A DNA stretch of 64,000 nt from an uncultured Chloroflexia bacterium (GTDB lineage Bacteria; Chloroflexota; Limnocylindria; Limnocylindrales; CSP1-4), in contig CAVYIM010000004.1 in NCBI GenBank assembly GCA_963768655.1, positions 736,001-800,000 on the forward strand. The letters are read 5' to 3'. Below, piece by piece: positions 27,991 to 37,605 of this stretch (position 1 is the first letter of the stretch; the number at the start of each line of letters is the position of its first letter). Below the pieces are notes generated by a model that had not been told where the DNA came from, ran no database searches, and worked only from the letters and a program-made list of their open reading frames with translations. The translations under genes and the position numbers were made by a program.

Positions 27991-29763
27991 CTATAGCGCA
28001 GCAGTCGCTCGGCCAAGAGCTCGCCGGAAGGGGGCTCCCGCGACCGCGCGCCAGACCGGCCCGAGCGCCCGGCGGCGGCGCGCGAGCTCGCGCTCGCGCG
28101 AGTGGAGGTATGCGCCGATGGCCTCCGTCTCTGCTCGCGACAGTTCCCCGGCACGGGCCACCAGGACGTCGCGGGCCAGCTTGGCCGCGACGTCGGCGTC
28201 GTGCAGGCAGCCCAGGAAGTCCTGCAGGGCGACAACCCGCTCGAGAAGCCGATCCGAATCCCGGCCCAGCGTCTCGCCGAAGAACTCCAGGTCGTAGCGC
28301 AGCCACTTGGTCGCGATCCGCAGCTGATGGAGCGTCTCGACGTCCGCCCAGGGCAGCACCAGCTCGAACGCCCGGACCGCTTCGTAGGCGGCCCAGATTT
28401 GCGACGGGACGCGGTCCCTGATGCGATGGGGCAGAGTGGGGGAGGCGACGTTCGCGGCCTCGTTGGCGCCGGCGTCGAGGAATTCCTTCATCTCGTCGAG
28501 GAATTCCGCGTAGCGGCCGGAGTCCAGCTCGTCGACAAGCAGATCTCTGTCCGTGCTGCGCTGGCGGCGCCAGAGTGCCAGCAGGGGCTCCAGGCCCGGC
28601 TGCTGTTCCGGATCCAGGCCCCGCCGGTACGTCTCGAGGCCGTCGATCAACACGTCCAGATCTCGGACCGCGCCCAGGCGATCGGCCAGGATCCGCAGCC
28701 GGCGGCGCAGCTTCCGGGTCTTGCCCGGCTTGAAGGCGTCGTCGAAGACGCGCCATGCGGCGCGCATCCGTCGAGTGGCCACGCGCATGTCGTGGAGATC
28801 CTCCAGGTCCGATCCTTCGCGCGTACCGCGCTCCTTTGCCCGCATCCGGGCAAAGTTGTACTTGATCACCTTGCGGGCGGCCTCCGGCAGGCTGTCGTCG
28901 GGAAGGACCCCGATGGCCCGCGGCCCGTTCGCGTGAGCGGGCGCGGAGACGCGCTCAAGTTGAGGAGAGGTCGAGACGTCTGTGGATGACGTCTCGGGAG
29001 CCGTTTCGGCGGGCGGGGCCGTCTCTTCCGCACTCATTCGAGCTTCGGCCCGCGAGCGTCCCCGGCGGCCGCCGAGGAGTGCCGGCGGCGCCTCCAGCCA
29101 GTGCTGGTGGACTTCTTCCGGCAACGTGGGGAGCGCCTTGCGGACGGCCCGGATCGCCCGGTCCAGCTTGGATCGGGACGATCGGCGCAGGCCCTCGTCT
29201 CGATCGAGGATCTCGCCGACGGCCTGCAGCTGCTCCTCCGACCCGGCGTCCAGCTCCACTTCGAGCTCGTCGAAACGGTCGAGGGTCCGGTCGCCGACGA
29301 GCACTTCCACCGCGTCGACGCTGAGGTCGGCGGTCGTCTCAGCGGCTGCGAGCCGGCGGATTCGGCGCACCTGGCGGATCGTCAGCAGCTCCACCAGGGG
29401 GGCGTCGCCGCAATGCTCCAGAACGACCGAGCGGGCCGGCGAGGCAGGCCAGCTCGCCGGCGGCGCGCCGGCGTCCGCCGGCCCTTCGAGTTCCTCGCGA
29501 CGGTGCAGCCGGCCCTCCGGCGTGGCCCCGCGCTTGAGGCCGATGACGGTCTCTCCTCCGGTCCGTCGGAGCCTGGCGGCGAAACCTGCCCTGGTGAGGG
29601 CCCAGTCCGCCGAGTCGAGATAACGATCCTCTACCTGCACGATGCGGACCTGACCGGCCGGCTTGAACGGTCCCAGCTCGGGAGCCACCAGATAGCGATC
29701 GGCACTGTCAGGTGACCTGAGCTGATACTTCATCTCGACCTCGACCTTCCGCCCCGAAACCAT
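27991..29763 (-). CDS. CYTH-CHAD fusion protein (polyphosphate-associated)
   Basis: EVEMKY, Y.D, ELEVEL (CYTH); LHDMRVATRRMR, LGAVRDLDV, LHQLRI..K.LRY, QDFLG.LHD (CHAD). Confidence 0.9.
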   Translation of the reverse strand: MVSGRKVEVEMKYQLRSPDSADRYLVAPELGPFKPAGQVRIVQVEDRYLDSADWALTRAGFAARLRRTGGETVIGLKRGATPEGRLHRREELEGPADAGAPPASWPASPARSVVLEHCGDAPLVELLTIRQVRRIRRLAAAETTADLSVDAVEVLVGDRTLDRFDELEVELDAGSEEQLQAVGEILDRDEGLRRSSRSKLDRAIRAVRKALPTLPEEVHQHWLEAPPALLGGRRGRSRAEARMSAEETAPPAETAPETSSTDVSTSPQLERVSAPAHANGPRAIGVLPDDSLPEAARKVIKYNFARMRAKERGTREGSDLEDLHDMRVATRRMRAAWRVFDDAFKPGKTRKLRRRLRILADRLGAVRDLDVLIDGLETYRRGLDPEQQPGLEPLLALWRRQRSTDRDLLVDELDSGRYAEFLDEMKEFLDAGANEAANVASPTLPHRIRDRVPSQIWAAYEAVRAFELVLPWADVETLHQLRIATKWLRYDLEFFGETLGRDSDRLLERVVALQDFLGCLHDADVAAKLARDVLVARAGELSRAETEAIGAYLHSRERELARRRRALGPVWRAVAGAPFRRALGRATAAL

Positions 29764-29787
29764 CTGGCTGCCACCCCCGGATAGAGA

Positions 29788-31954
29788 CTACGCCCTGGGG
29801 TCGAGAGAGCCCGTACCGGCGTGAGGCCGTCGAGGCGCGACCGCCTCGACGGCAACGGAGGCAATCGACCGCGCCTGCAGAGTCTCGAACGTGTCGATCG
29901 TACCCGGAACGCCGGTCAATTCCTCGGTCCGATGATAGGCACCGTCCGCGCCGAGCTGCCACGAGCGGCGATCGTCTGAAAGCATCACCTCTACCAGCGA
30001 GCGGATCTTGGCCTGGGCCTCCAGATCCTCGACCGGCACGATGGCCTCCACGCGGCGGTCCAGGTTCCGCTCCATCAGGTCGGCGGAACCGATGTACCAC
30101 TCCGGCCGGCCGTCATTGGCGAAGCTGAAGATGCGCGAATGCTCGAGGTACTGGCCCACGATGGAGCGAACCCGGATCCCCTCGCTCACGCCCGTCAGAC
30201 CGGGCCACAGCGAGCAGATGCCGCGAATCAGCAGATCCACCTGGACGCCGGCCTGGGACGCCGCGTAGAGGGCGGCGACGCAGGCCGGATCGACGAGGGA
30301 GTTGAGCTTGAGGATGATTCGGGCTGGTTTGCCGGCGCGAGCGTGGTTCGCCTCGCGCTCGATCATCGACAGGATCCAGTTGCGTAGATTCATCGGCGCC
30401 ACGATCAGACGCCGGAAGTCTCGCTGACGCGACAGCCCCGTGAGGACGTTGAACAGGTCGCTGACGTCGGCGCCCAGCTCCGGCCGGGACGAGAGAAGGC
30501 CCAGGTCCGTATACAGGCGAGCCGTCCCCGGGTTGTAGTTGCCCGTGCCGATGTGAACGTAGCGGCGCAGCGCGGAGCCCTCGCGGCGGACCACCAGGCT
30601 GGTCTTGGAGTGCGTCTTGAGACCGACCAGCCCGTAGACGACGTGCGCCCCCGCCTGCTCGAGCTTGCGGGCCCATTCGATGTTGGCCTGCTCGTCGAAG
30701 CGGGCCTTGATCTCGACCAGGACCACCACCTGCTTGCCGCGCTCCGCGGCGGAGATCAGGTCGCGCACGATGGGCGAGTCGCCGCTGGTCCGATACAGGG
30801 TCATCTTGATGGAGAGGACTTCCGGATCCGCCGCCGCCTGGTTGATGAACCTCTGCGTGGACGCGGCGAAGCTCTCGTAGGGGTGGTGGACCAGAAGATC
30901 TCCGGACCGAATGGCGGCGAAGACGTCGGCCTGCTCGTCCTCGTCCGGCGGCGCGAGGCGCGGCGGCACGACCGGCGCGTAGGGAACGAGCTTGAGGTCC
31001 GGCCGGTCGAGGCTGGCCAGCTGCATCAGGCCGGTGTGGTCGAGCATGCCGCCGACCTCGTAGCAGTCCTCGGGGCCGACGCCGACGCCACGCTCCAGGA
31101 TCTGCCGCATCGACGCCGGCATGTCGCGGTCCACTTCCAGGCGCACGGCGTCGCCGAAGCGGCGCCGCCTCAACTCTTCCTCGATCGCGAGGAGCAGGTC
31201 GTCGGCCTCGTCCTCTTCGAGCTCCAGGTCGGCGTTGCGGGTGACGCGGAAGAAGTGCGTCTCGCGGATCGTCATGCCCGAGAAGAGCATGTCCAGGTTG
31301 GCGGCAATGACCTCCTCGACCAGGACGAACTTGCTCGGCTCGATCTCGATCAGGCGTGGGAGCAGGGAGGGCACCTTGACGCGGGCGAAGCGCTCCTCCC
31401 CGCCGTCGGGGTCCTCGATCCGGATCGCCAGCGACAGGCTGAGAGTGCTGATGTACGGGAACGGATGCCCGGGGTCGACGGCCAGCGGCGTGAGGACGGG
31501 ATAGATCTCATCGATGAAGCGCTGCCGCAGGGCTTCGTGGTGCTCGGGCACGTCGCCGTATCCCACGATCGAGATGCCCGCGTCGCTCAAGGCGGCGCAG
31601 ACTCGCTCGAAAGCCTGGCCCTGCTCCAGCAGCATCTCCCGGACCCGCGTCCGTATCGCTGCCAGCTGCTCAGCCGCGGGCTTGTCGCCCGGGACTCGAG
31701 GGCGCGGCTTTCGCCTGCGCCTGCTCCACCAGCCCCGAAACCCTGATCTGGAAGAACTCATCCATGTTGCTGGCGAAGATCGCCAGGAACTTGACCCTCT
31801 CCAGGAGCGGGTTTCGGTCGTCCCCGGCCTCGAACAGGACACGCCGGTTGAACTCGAGCGAGCTGAGCTCGCGATTGATGTACGGGAACTCGGGGCTCGC
31901 CTCGTGCGGGGGCGAGCTCTTCGGTGTCGAGTCCCTGCGAACGATTGCCGTCAC
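29788..31954 (-). CDS. ppk1: polyphosphate kinase 1, with an apparent +1 frameshift near 31690
   Basis: N-terminal piece INRELS...[10 protein letters not shown]; main piece [46 protein letters not shown]. Confidence 0.92.
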
Positions 31955-32155
31955 TTCACCCCGCGCACTCGTGGCGCCGCTGTTTGCCCGGCGCCGCCGT
32001 TACCTGGCGCCGCCACCTGGCAGCGCGACAACTCATCTGGCCGCGCCGCGTATCGGCCCATTCTCGTCAGGCGCGCGCCGGGCGCAATAGGGAGGCTCCC
32101 CGGCGCGCAGCGCGGGCCCATCGTGCCGCCGCGACGCGGACGCGGGTCGTCCCCG

Positions 32156-32503
32156 TCAGCCTTCGGCGCGGTACCTCCGCTCCCCGGTCCGTGGATCCAC
32201 GAAGACCCGCATGCGACGGCGGCTCGTCGGGTCGAGGAAGACCTCGTTCGTCGGCAGGAAGCGCGGCTCGAGCAAGCCGTCCTCGCCACCGCCCGGGCCC
32301 GGCTCCTCACGTGTGACATCGGCCGAGTCGGAGCGATAGCGCGAGCGCTGCAGAACGGCCACGATCATGATGGCCGCCCCCAGGATGATCGCCTCCACGC
32401 CCGTGGCCACGTCCGAGCCGCCGGTCGAGGCGGCGGCGAACCCGCCGAGGATCAGCAGCGCTCCAATTCCAAAGGCGAGCCACCTTATCCACGAGGACAG
32501 CAT
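32156..32503 (-). CDS. small membrane protein (2 TM)
   Basis: GGAGG RBS; two hydrophobic helices; C-terminal F.PTNEVF.DP...MRVFVDP.TGERRY. Confidence 0.75.
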   Translation of the reverse strand: MLSSWIRWLAFGIGALLILGGFAAASTGGSDVATGVEAIILGAAIMIVAVLQRSRYRSDSADVTREEPGPGGGEDGLLEPRFLPTNEVFLDPTSRRRMRVFVDPRTGERRYRAEG

Positions 32504-32617
32504 TCAACCCTCCTGGCCCGGCTCCGGAGATCTCGGCCGCCTCTGTGCCGGCGGCGCCACTCCAGGCATGCGGAAGGGACGGCGCCGTCGGCAGCTCGGA
32601 CTCGCGAACGGGACCGA

Positions 32618-32962
32618 CTACTCGACGGCCGGCTTTGCGTTCGCGTCGGGGACGACGACGACCGCGGTCCCGTAGGCCACGATCTCGGACATCGACGTGC
32701 CGATCTCGGACGAGTCGAAGCGCATCGAGATGACCGCGTTGGCGCCCATCGTCGTGGCGTTCTGGACCATTCGGTCGAGCGCCTGGCGCCGCGTGTCCTC
32801 GAGCAGCTCCGTGTACTCGTGGATCTCGCCACCAACGAGCGAGCGGAGGCCGGCCGCGAAGTTGCCGGCGAAGCCGCGGCTTCGGACGACCAGGCCGAAG
32901 ACCTGTCCCTTGACCTCGGTGACCCGATAGCCGGCCAGATAGGGTGTCGTGGCGACGATCAT
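32618..32962 (-). CDS. YbjQ/UPF0145 family protein
   Basis: MIVATT, GLRSLVGGEI, GANAVISMRFD, EIVAYGTAV. Confidence 0.9.
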   Translation of the reverse strand: MIVATTPYLAGYRVTEVKGQVFGLVVRSRGFAGNFAAGLRSLVGGEIHEYTELLEDTRRQALDRMVQNATTMGANAVISMRFDSSEIGTSMSEIVAYGTAVVVVPDANAKPAVE

Positions 32963-33012
32963 GCGATCTCCTTCGATAGTCGTTTGGCCCACATTCCTGC
33001 GTCGAGGCTAGC

Positions 33013-33363
33013 CTAAGACCGACGGCGAGAAAGTGCGGTGCATTCGGCACAGGGACAGTTCTCGCGGAGCGATTCGAACGTGTAGTAGCCGGTGTCGTGG
33101 CCGTCGGCCCAGGTTGGGGCCAGCGCGTAGGCGCCGATCAGCCTCACGTCCGTGAGCTGGGTCTGGATCGAGGTGAGCGTCGGGTTGGTGTCGAGCCAGC
33201 CCGGCCGGCCGGCCTCGCCCTGGCAGAAGGCGCACGGACAGAGCAGGCGAAGGGTCTCCGCGTCGAACTCGCTGCGGTGGCCGTCGGCCCATTCGATCGT
33301 CAGGCGTCCCGCCGTCCGATCGACGTTGATGTTCACTGGCTTGCCCGCCGGGCTCAGACTCAT
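33013..33363 (-). CDS. DUF971 / GBBH-like N-terminal domain protein
   Basis: IEWADGH, LR..CPCA.C, G.YA....W.DGHDTGYY; TAGAAT -10 just upstream (leaderless). Confidence 0.85.
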   Translation of the reverse strand: MSLSPAGKPVNINVDRTAGRLTIEWADGHRSEFDAETLRLLCPCAFCQGEAGRPGWLDTNPTLTSIQTQLTDVRLIGAYALAPTWADGHDTGYYTFESLRENCPCAECTALSRRRS

Positions 33364-33514
33364 GCTTCATTCTAGGTGCGGCGTCGTGGGGGACGCCGCG
33401 ACGCGTGAACACGGGGCAGGGAGCGGTCCAGCCTCCTGGCTCTCACCAGAACAGACTTCGTCACGCTCGCGCCGGGTTCGGTCACCGCTGAGCCCCACGG
33501 CCGCATGGCGGCCC

Positions 33515-33559
33515 TGTAAAGCTGGCTTGACAGTGATCGGTTGTCAAGCTAACTTGACA
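33515..33559. promoter_or_regulatory. two 18-bp palindromic operators of the XRE regulator
   Basis: TGTAAAG-N4-CTTGACA (33515-33532) and TGTCAAG-N4-CTTGACA (33542-33559), directly before the ATG at 33563. Confidence 0.75.
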
Positions 33560-33562
33560 GTC

Positions 33563-33763
33563 ATGCAGAACGACGTCCGAAAACTCCGCGAGGATCGAGC
33601 CCTCAGCCAGGGCGACCTGGCCAGGCACCTGGGCGTCTCGCGCCAGACGGTGAATGCGATCGAAACCGGACGTTATCTGCCATCTTTGCCGCTCGCGTTC
33701 GCCATCGGGCGGTTCTTCGGACGGGCGGTCGAGGAGGTCTTCCATGACGACAGGCATGAATAG
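33563..33763 (+). CDS. XRE-family HTH transcriptional regulator (66 aa)
   Basis: LSQGDLARHLGVSRQTVNAIETGRYLPSLPLA. Confidence 0.9.
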   Translation: MQNDVRKLREDRALSQGDLARHLGVSRQTVNAIETGRYLPSLPLAFAIGRFFGRAVEEVFHDDRHE

Positions 33764-34130
33764 GTGGCTCGTCCCGGCGGTCGGGTTCGTGATCGGTCTG
33801 CTGATGTCGGCCGCCTTGCTTGGCAAGCATGCGGCCCCGTGGCAGGCGGTCCTGACATTCGCGATCGTCGCCGGGTACGCGCTGGGCCTGCGTCTGCTGC
33901 AGTCGAAGAGCGAAACGGCCAGCCTGCTTTCCGGGCTGCCGGTGGACGAGCGCTGGGAGTCCATCAACGACCATGCTCTGGCACTGGCGGCCCAGGCTGT
34001 AGCGGTGATCCTTTTGGTCGCGTTTCTGGTCACACAGTTCGGGGGAGGCGATGCGATGCCGTATGCCTGGGTCGGAGCGGCGTTCGCGATCGTCTACCTC
34101 GGCGGGATCATCTGGTACAAGTTCCGGTAG
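33744..34130 (+). CDS. membrane protein (DUF2178-like)
   Basis: GAGGAGG RBS; 4 TM helices with a DER motif; usual partner of small XRE regulators. Confidence 0.7.
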   Translation: MTTGMNRWLVPAVGFVIGLLMSAALLGKHAAPWQAVLTFAIVAGYALGLRLLQSKSETASLLSGLPVDERWESINDHALALAAQAVAVILLVAFLVTQFGGGDAMPYAWVGAAFAIVYLGGIIWYKFR

Positions 34131-34203
34131 CGAACGTCCGCAGGACGGTCGTCCCCGGGCCGGCTGGGCTCGTCCGGGCGGCGCGTCCCGATTGGGAGTG
34201 GCC

Positions 34204-35148
34204 ATGTCTCTGGTGATCGACTCGGTCTACAAGCGCTTCGGCGACGTCCAGGCCCTCGACGACGTGTCCCTGGAGATCAAGCCGGGCGAGGTGTTCGGCT
34301 TCCTGGGCGCCAACGGCGCGGGCAAGACGACCGCGATGCGGATAGTCCTCGACATCCTGCGGCCGGACTCGGGAACGATCGCCTGGAACGGCAGGCTCAA
34401 CACGGAAGTCCCGCGCGACACCTGGGGCTACCTGCCCGAGGAGCGCGGACTGTACGCGAAGATGAAGGTCCTCGAGCAGCTCGTCTTCTTCGCCAAGCTC
34501 CACGGCGTGAAGCCCCGGAAGGCCGAGCAGGAGACGCGCGACTGGCTGGAGCGCTTCCGCATCCCGGAGTACGCCGACAAGCGCGCCGAGGAGCTCTCCA
34601 AAGGCAATCAGCAGAAGATCCAGTTCATCGCCGCGATCCTGCACGACCCGCAGGTGCTGCTGATGGACGAGCCGTTCACCGGCCTGGACCCCGTCAACGC
34701 GGCGCTTCTCAAGGAGGCGTTCCAGGAGATGAAGGAGCGCGGCAAGACCATGCTCTTCTCGACGCACCAGATGGACACGGTCGAGGAGCTGTGTGAGTCG
34801 ATCGCCATCCTGGACCGCGGCCGCGTCGTCGTCGGGGGCACCGTCCGCGACGTCCGCCGCTCAACGGGACGCCAGGTAGTTCGGTTGGCCGTGGAAGGCG
34901 ACTCCGACATCGATTGGCTCGGGACCCTGGACGGGGTTCGCGTCACCAGGCGCGGCCAGGACTACACCGAGGCGGAAGTTGCCCGGAGTCATGACCCCGC
35001 CACCGTCCTGCAAGCCGCCCTGGCACGGGGCTGCAAGATCCGCCACTTCGAGATCGCCGACCCATCGCTGGAAGAGATCTTCATCGAGCACGTCGGCCAG
35101 ATCGACACCAGTGAGCGAACGCTCGCTCCTCGGGGGACATACGCATGA
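34204..35148 (+). CDS. ABC-2 exporter ATPase (NatA/YhaQ-like)
   Basis: GANGAGKTT, GYLPEERGLY, LSKGNQQK, DEPFTGLDPVN. Confidence 0.92.
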   Translation: MSLVIDSVYKRFGDVQALDDVSLEIKPGEVFGFLGANGAGKTTAMRIVLDILRPDSGTIAWNGRLNTEVPRDTWGYLPEERGLYAKMKVLEQLVFFAKLHGVKPRKAEQETRDWLERFRIPEYADKRAEELSKGNQQKIQFIAAILHDPQVLLMDEPFTGLDPVNAALLKEAFQEMKERGKTMLFSTHQMDTVEELCESIAILDRGRVVVGGTVRDVRRSTGRQVVRLAVEGDSDIDWLGTLDGVRVTRRGQDYTEAEVARSHDPATVLQAALARGCKIRHFEIADPSLEEIFIEHVGQIDTSERTLAPRGTYA

Positions 35149-36443
35149 ACGGCTGGCGCACGCTCTTCCCCAACGCCTGGTACATCTCCGCCCGCGAGTT
35201 CCGAAGCCGGGCCAGGAGCCGGAGCTTCGTCATCGGCACCGTTCTGCTGGCGGTGATCGCCTTCGCGGCAACGCAGCTGCCGGTCCTGATCGATTTCGCG
35301 ATGAGCACGAGCCAGACTCGCCTGGAGGTGGTCAGCGCCCCGGACATGCCGTCCGATTCGCCCGCCACCCTGACCGCGGAGCTCGATGGCCAGGCCACGT
35401 CGGCCACCCAGCCGCCGTTCGTCGTCACCTGGCTGCCGCAAGGAGACCTTTCGTCGGCTCAGGCGGACTTGAAGCGGGGCGAATTCGATGCTCTCCTGAT
35501 CGTCTCCCGTGATCCAGTCACCAGGAACCTCGGTTTCACGCTCCAAACCGACCTCGCCGCGGACGGACAGGTCGTGGGGACCATCAACTCCGCGGCGGAC
35601 TGGCTCGCGCTCGACGACGGCCTGGCCCGCGCCGGAACCTCTATCGGCGCGGTGCAGGCGACGCCGTTCAAGGTGGAGCCGGTCAATCCATCGGCCGGTG
35701 CCGCCAACAGCGTCAGCCAGGAGGTCTCCACCAATCTGCTGTCGACCGGGCTGATCGTGCTGATCTTCATGGCCATCGTGACCTATGGCATATGGGTGGC
35801 GATGAGCGTGGCCGAGGAGAAGGGCAGCCGTGTCATGGAGCTGATGCTCAACGCTACGACGCCGCTCCAGATGCTCGCCGGCAAGGTGATCGGGAACGGG
35901 GCGGCCGGACTGACGCAGTACGGCATCATCCTGGCCGCGGTGGTCGGCGGCCTGCTGGCCGAGGGTCCGATTCACCGGGCAGTTCTGGGCTCCGGATCGA
36001 GTGCTCCGTTCGGCGGGCTCGATCCCGTGACGCTGGTGGCCTTCGCCGTGCTGTTCGTGCTCGGCTTCTTGTTCTACTCGCTCCTGTACGCGGCTCTCGG
36101 GTCGCTCGTGAGCAGGCAGGAGGACGTCCAGAGCGCCACGTCGCCGCTGATGATGCTGATCTTCCTCGGCTACTTCATGTCGATCTTCGCCCTTCAGGCG
36201 ATCGATGAAACGTGGGTCAAGGTCGCGTCGTTCGTGCCGTTCTTCAGCCCATACCTGATGCTGGCGCGGGTCTCGGCCGGCCACGTGGCTCCCTGGGAGT
36301 TCGCCCTGGCGGTCGTCTTCCTGCTGGCCGGCATCGCCGTTGCGCTCGTCGTGGCGGCGCGCATCTACAGCGCGGGCGTTCTGCTCTACGGCCAGCGCCT
36401 CGGGCTGCGCCAGGTCCTCAAGGCGGCCCGCGTCTCGCGCTAG
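35145..36443 (+). CDS. ABC-2 exporter permease (NatB/YhaP-like)
   Basis: VAEEKGSRVMEL, GKVIG, LYAALGSLVSRQED, PFFSP. Confidence 0.9.
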   Translation: MNGWRTLFPNAWYISAREFRSRARSRSFVIGTVLLAVIAFAATQLPVLIDFAMSTSQTRLEVVSAPDMPSDSPATLTAELDGQATSATQPPFVVTWLPQGDLSSAQADLKRGEFDALLIVSRDPVTRNLGFTLQTDLAADGQVVGTINSAADWLALDDGLARAGTSIGAVQATPFKVEPVNPSAGAANSVSQEVSTNLLSTGLIVLIFMAIVTYGIWVAMSVAEEKGSRVMELMLNATTPLQMLAGKVIGNGAAGLTQYGIILAAVVGGLLAEGPIHRAVLGSGSSAPFGGLDPVTLVAFAVLFVLGFLFYSLLYAALGSLVSRQEDVQSATSPLMMLIFLGYFMSIFALQAIDETWVKVASFVPFFSPYLMLARVSAGHVAPWEFALAVVFLLAGIAVALVVAARIYSAGVLLYGQRLGLRQVLKAARVSR

Positions 36444-36518
36444 GAAGCGGGGAGCGGCCGGGCGGCGGCGCCGCCACGCTAGACCGGCGGCCCCGAGCCC
36501 GAGCGGCGCGAGGCGACG

Positions 36519-37244
36519 TCAATCGTCGAACGGCAGCCGCTGGATGAGGGCCAGGACCGGCCGCGTCGGAGCGATCGGATCGGGCAACAGGTGGAGCGGC
36601 ACTTCGCCGGGCTGCGTCGGAATCCAGCGCCACAGGTCGCTGCGGCGGCCGGGCAGATACGGGCTGCGCAAGTGGCGGGCCATGACTCCGGCAAGTCCTT
36701 GCTGCGCGACTGCGGAATGCAGGTCGAGGCCGTCGCTCACGACGCCCGGCACCACGATCAGCTCGGGGCTGGGCGTCACGACCTTCGCCAGGTGCTCGCG
36801 GCGCTTCAGCAGCGGCTGGGCGACGAGCGGCCGCCCGCCGGCCCAGAGCAAGTCGAAGACGAGATAGACCGGGCTCAGGCCGGTGGTCTGCCCATCGGCC
36901 AGGCGTCCCGCCAGTGCCTCGTGGTCCATCCGGCCGGCCCGGTCGGGCACGACCAGCTCGCCGTCCAGGATCGCCGGCGGCTCGCCGACGAGATCAGCGA
37001 TGTAGGCCAGCTCCGGAAGATGCGGCGCCAGATCGCGTCCCTCGGCATCCAGCAGTCGTAGGGTCGGCCTGCCCGGGCGCCCCGGCTCGATGAATGCCAG
37101 CGCCCGCCGGCCGCCCCAGCTCGGCTCGAAGACGTGGTCGACCGAGTCGAACGGCGCCTCCGCCGACCTGGGCATCATCGGCCGCAGTGTGCGCGGGAGG
37201 CGCGCCACGTCCCCGGTGAGGCTCAGGTTCAGCTGGTCGGACAC
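36519..37244 (-). CDS. ATP-dependent DNA ligase adenylation-domain homolog lacking the catalytic Lys
   Basis: PM, FEPSWGGRR (canonical FEPKWDG.R), LDGELVV, VFDLL, Y.PGRRS..W; no OB domain. Confidence 0.8.
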   Translation of the reverse strand: MSDQLNLSLTGDVARLPRTLRPMMPRSAEAPFDSVDHVFEPSWGGRRALAFIEPGRPGRPTLRLLDAEGRDLAPHLPELAYIADLVGEPPAILDGELVVPDRAGRMDHEALAGRLADGQTTGLSPVYLVFDLLWAGGRPLVAQPLLKRREHLAKVVTPSPELIVVPGVVSDGLDLHSAVAQQGLAGVMARHLRSPYLPGRRSDLWRWIPTQPGEVPLHLLPDPIAPTRPVLALIQRLPFDD

Positions 37245-37395
37245 CTCTCGATGGTACGCCCCGGCGCCAGTGCGGCCGCCGGCGATCGGCCCGAGGCGCA
37301 GCGGCTCGGACGGCGGGCGCCTTGACGGGGCAAGGGGCCTCGCCCACGATCACGGCAGACCGCGCGGGGCGCACGGAGGGCCGTGTGGAGCCCGG

Positions 37396-37602
37396 ATGGG
37401 CTGGGAGACCAAAGACGCGGCGGCCGACTGGGTGCTCCCGCGCCTGCCTCCGGAGCACCGGCCGGTCCTCGAGCACGCCCGGGCGATCTACCTCGGCGAC
37501 GCGGCAGACGAGTGGGGCGATTTGCGGCCGCGAGTTCGGCCGCACGTCGATCGCGTCCTCGGCGAGATACAGCGCCTGCGGGTACAGGGCGACGAGGTTT
37601 GA
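37396..37602 (+). pseudogene. C-terminal fragment of an AadA/ANT-like aminoglycoside adenylyltransferase (DUF4111)
   Basis: KDAAADWVLPRLPPEHRPVLEHARAIYLG resembles the AadA C-terminus as recalled; no nucleotidyltransferase domain upstream. Confidence 0.6.
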
Positions 37603-37605
37603 GGC

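Noticed and set aside
31680-31700. Programmed frameshift in ppk1
   Set aside because: No slippery heptamer or evident stimulator; same +1 pattern as other probable errors
33406-33411. PHO-like box upstream of DUF971
   Set aside because: Single GTTCAC with no partner at 11-bp spacing
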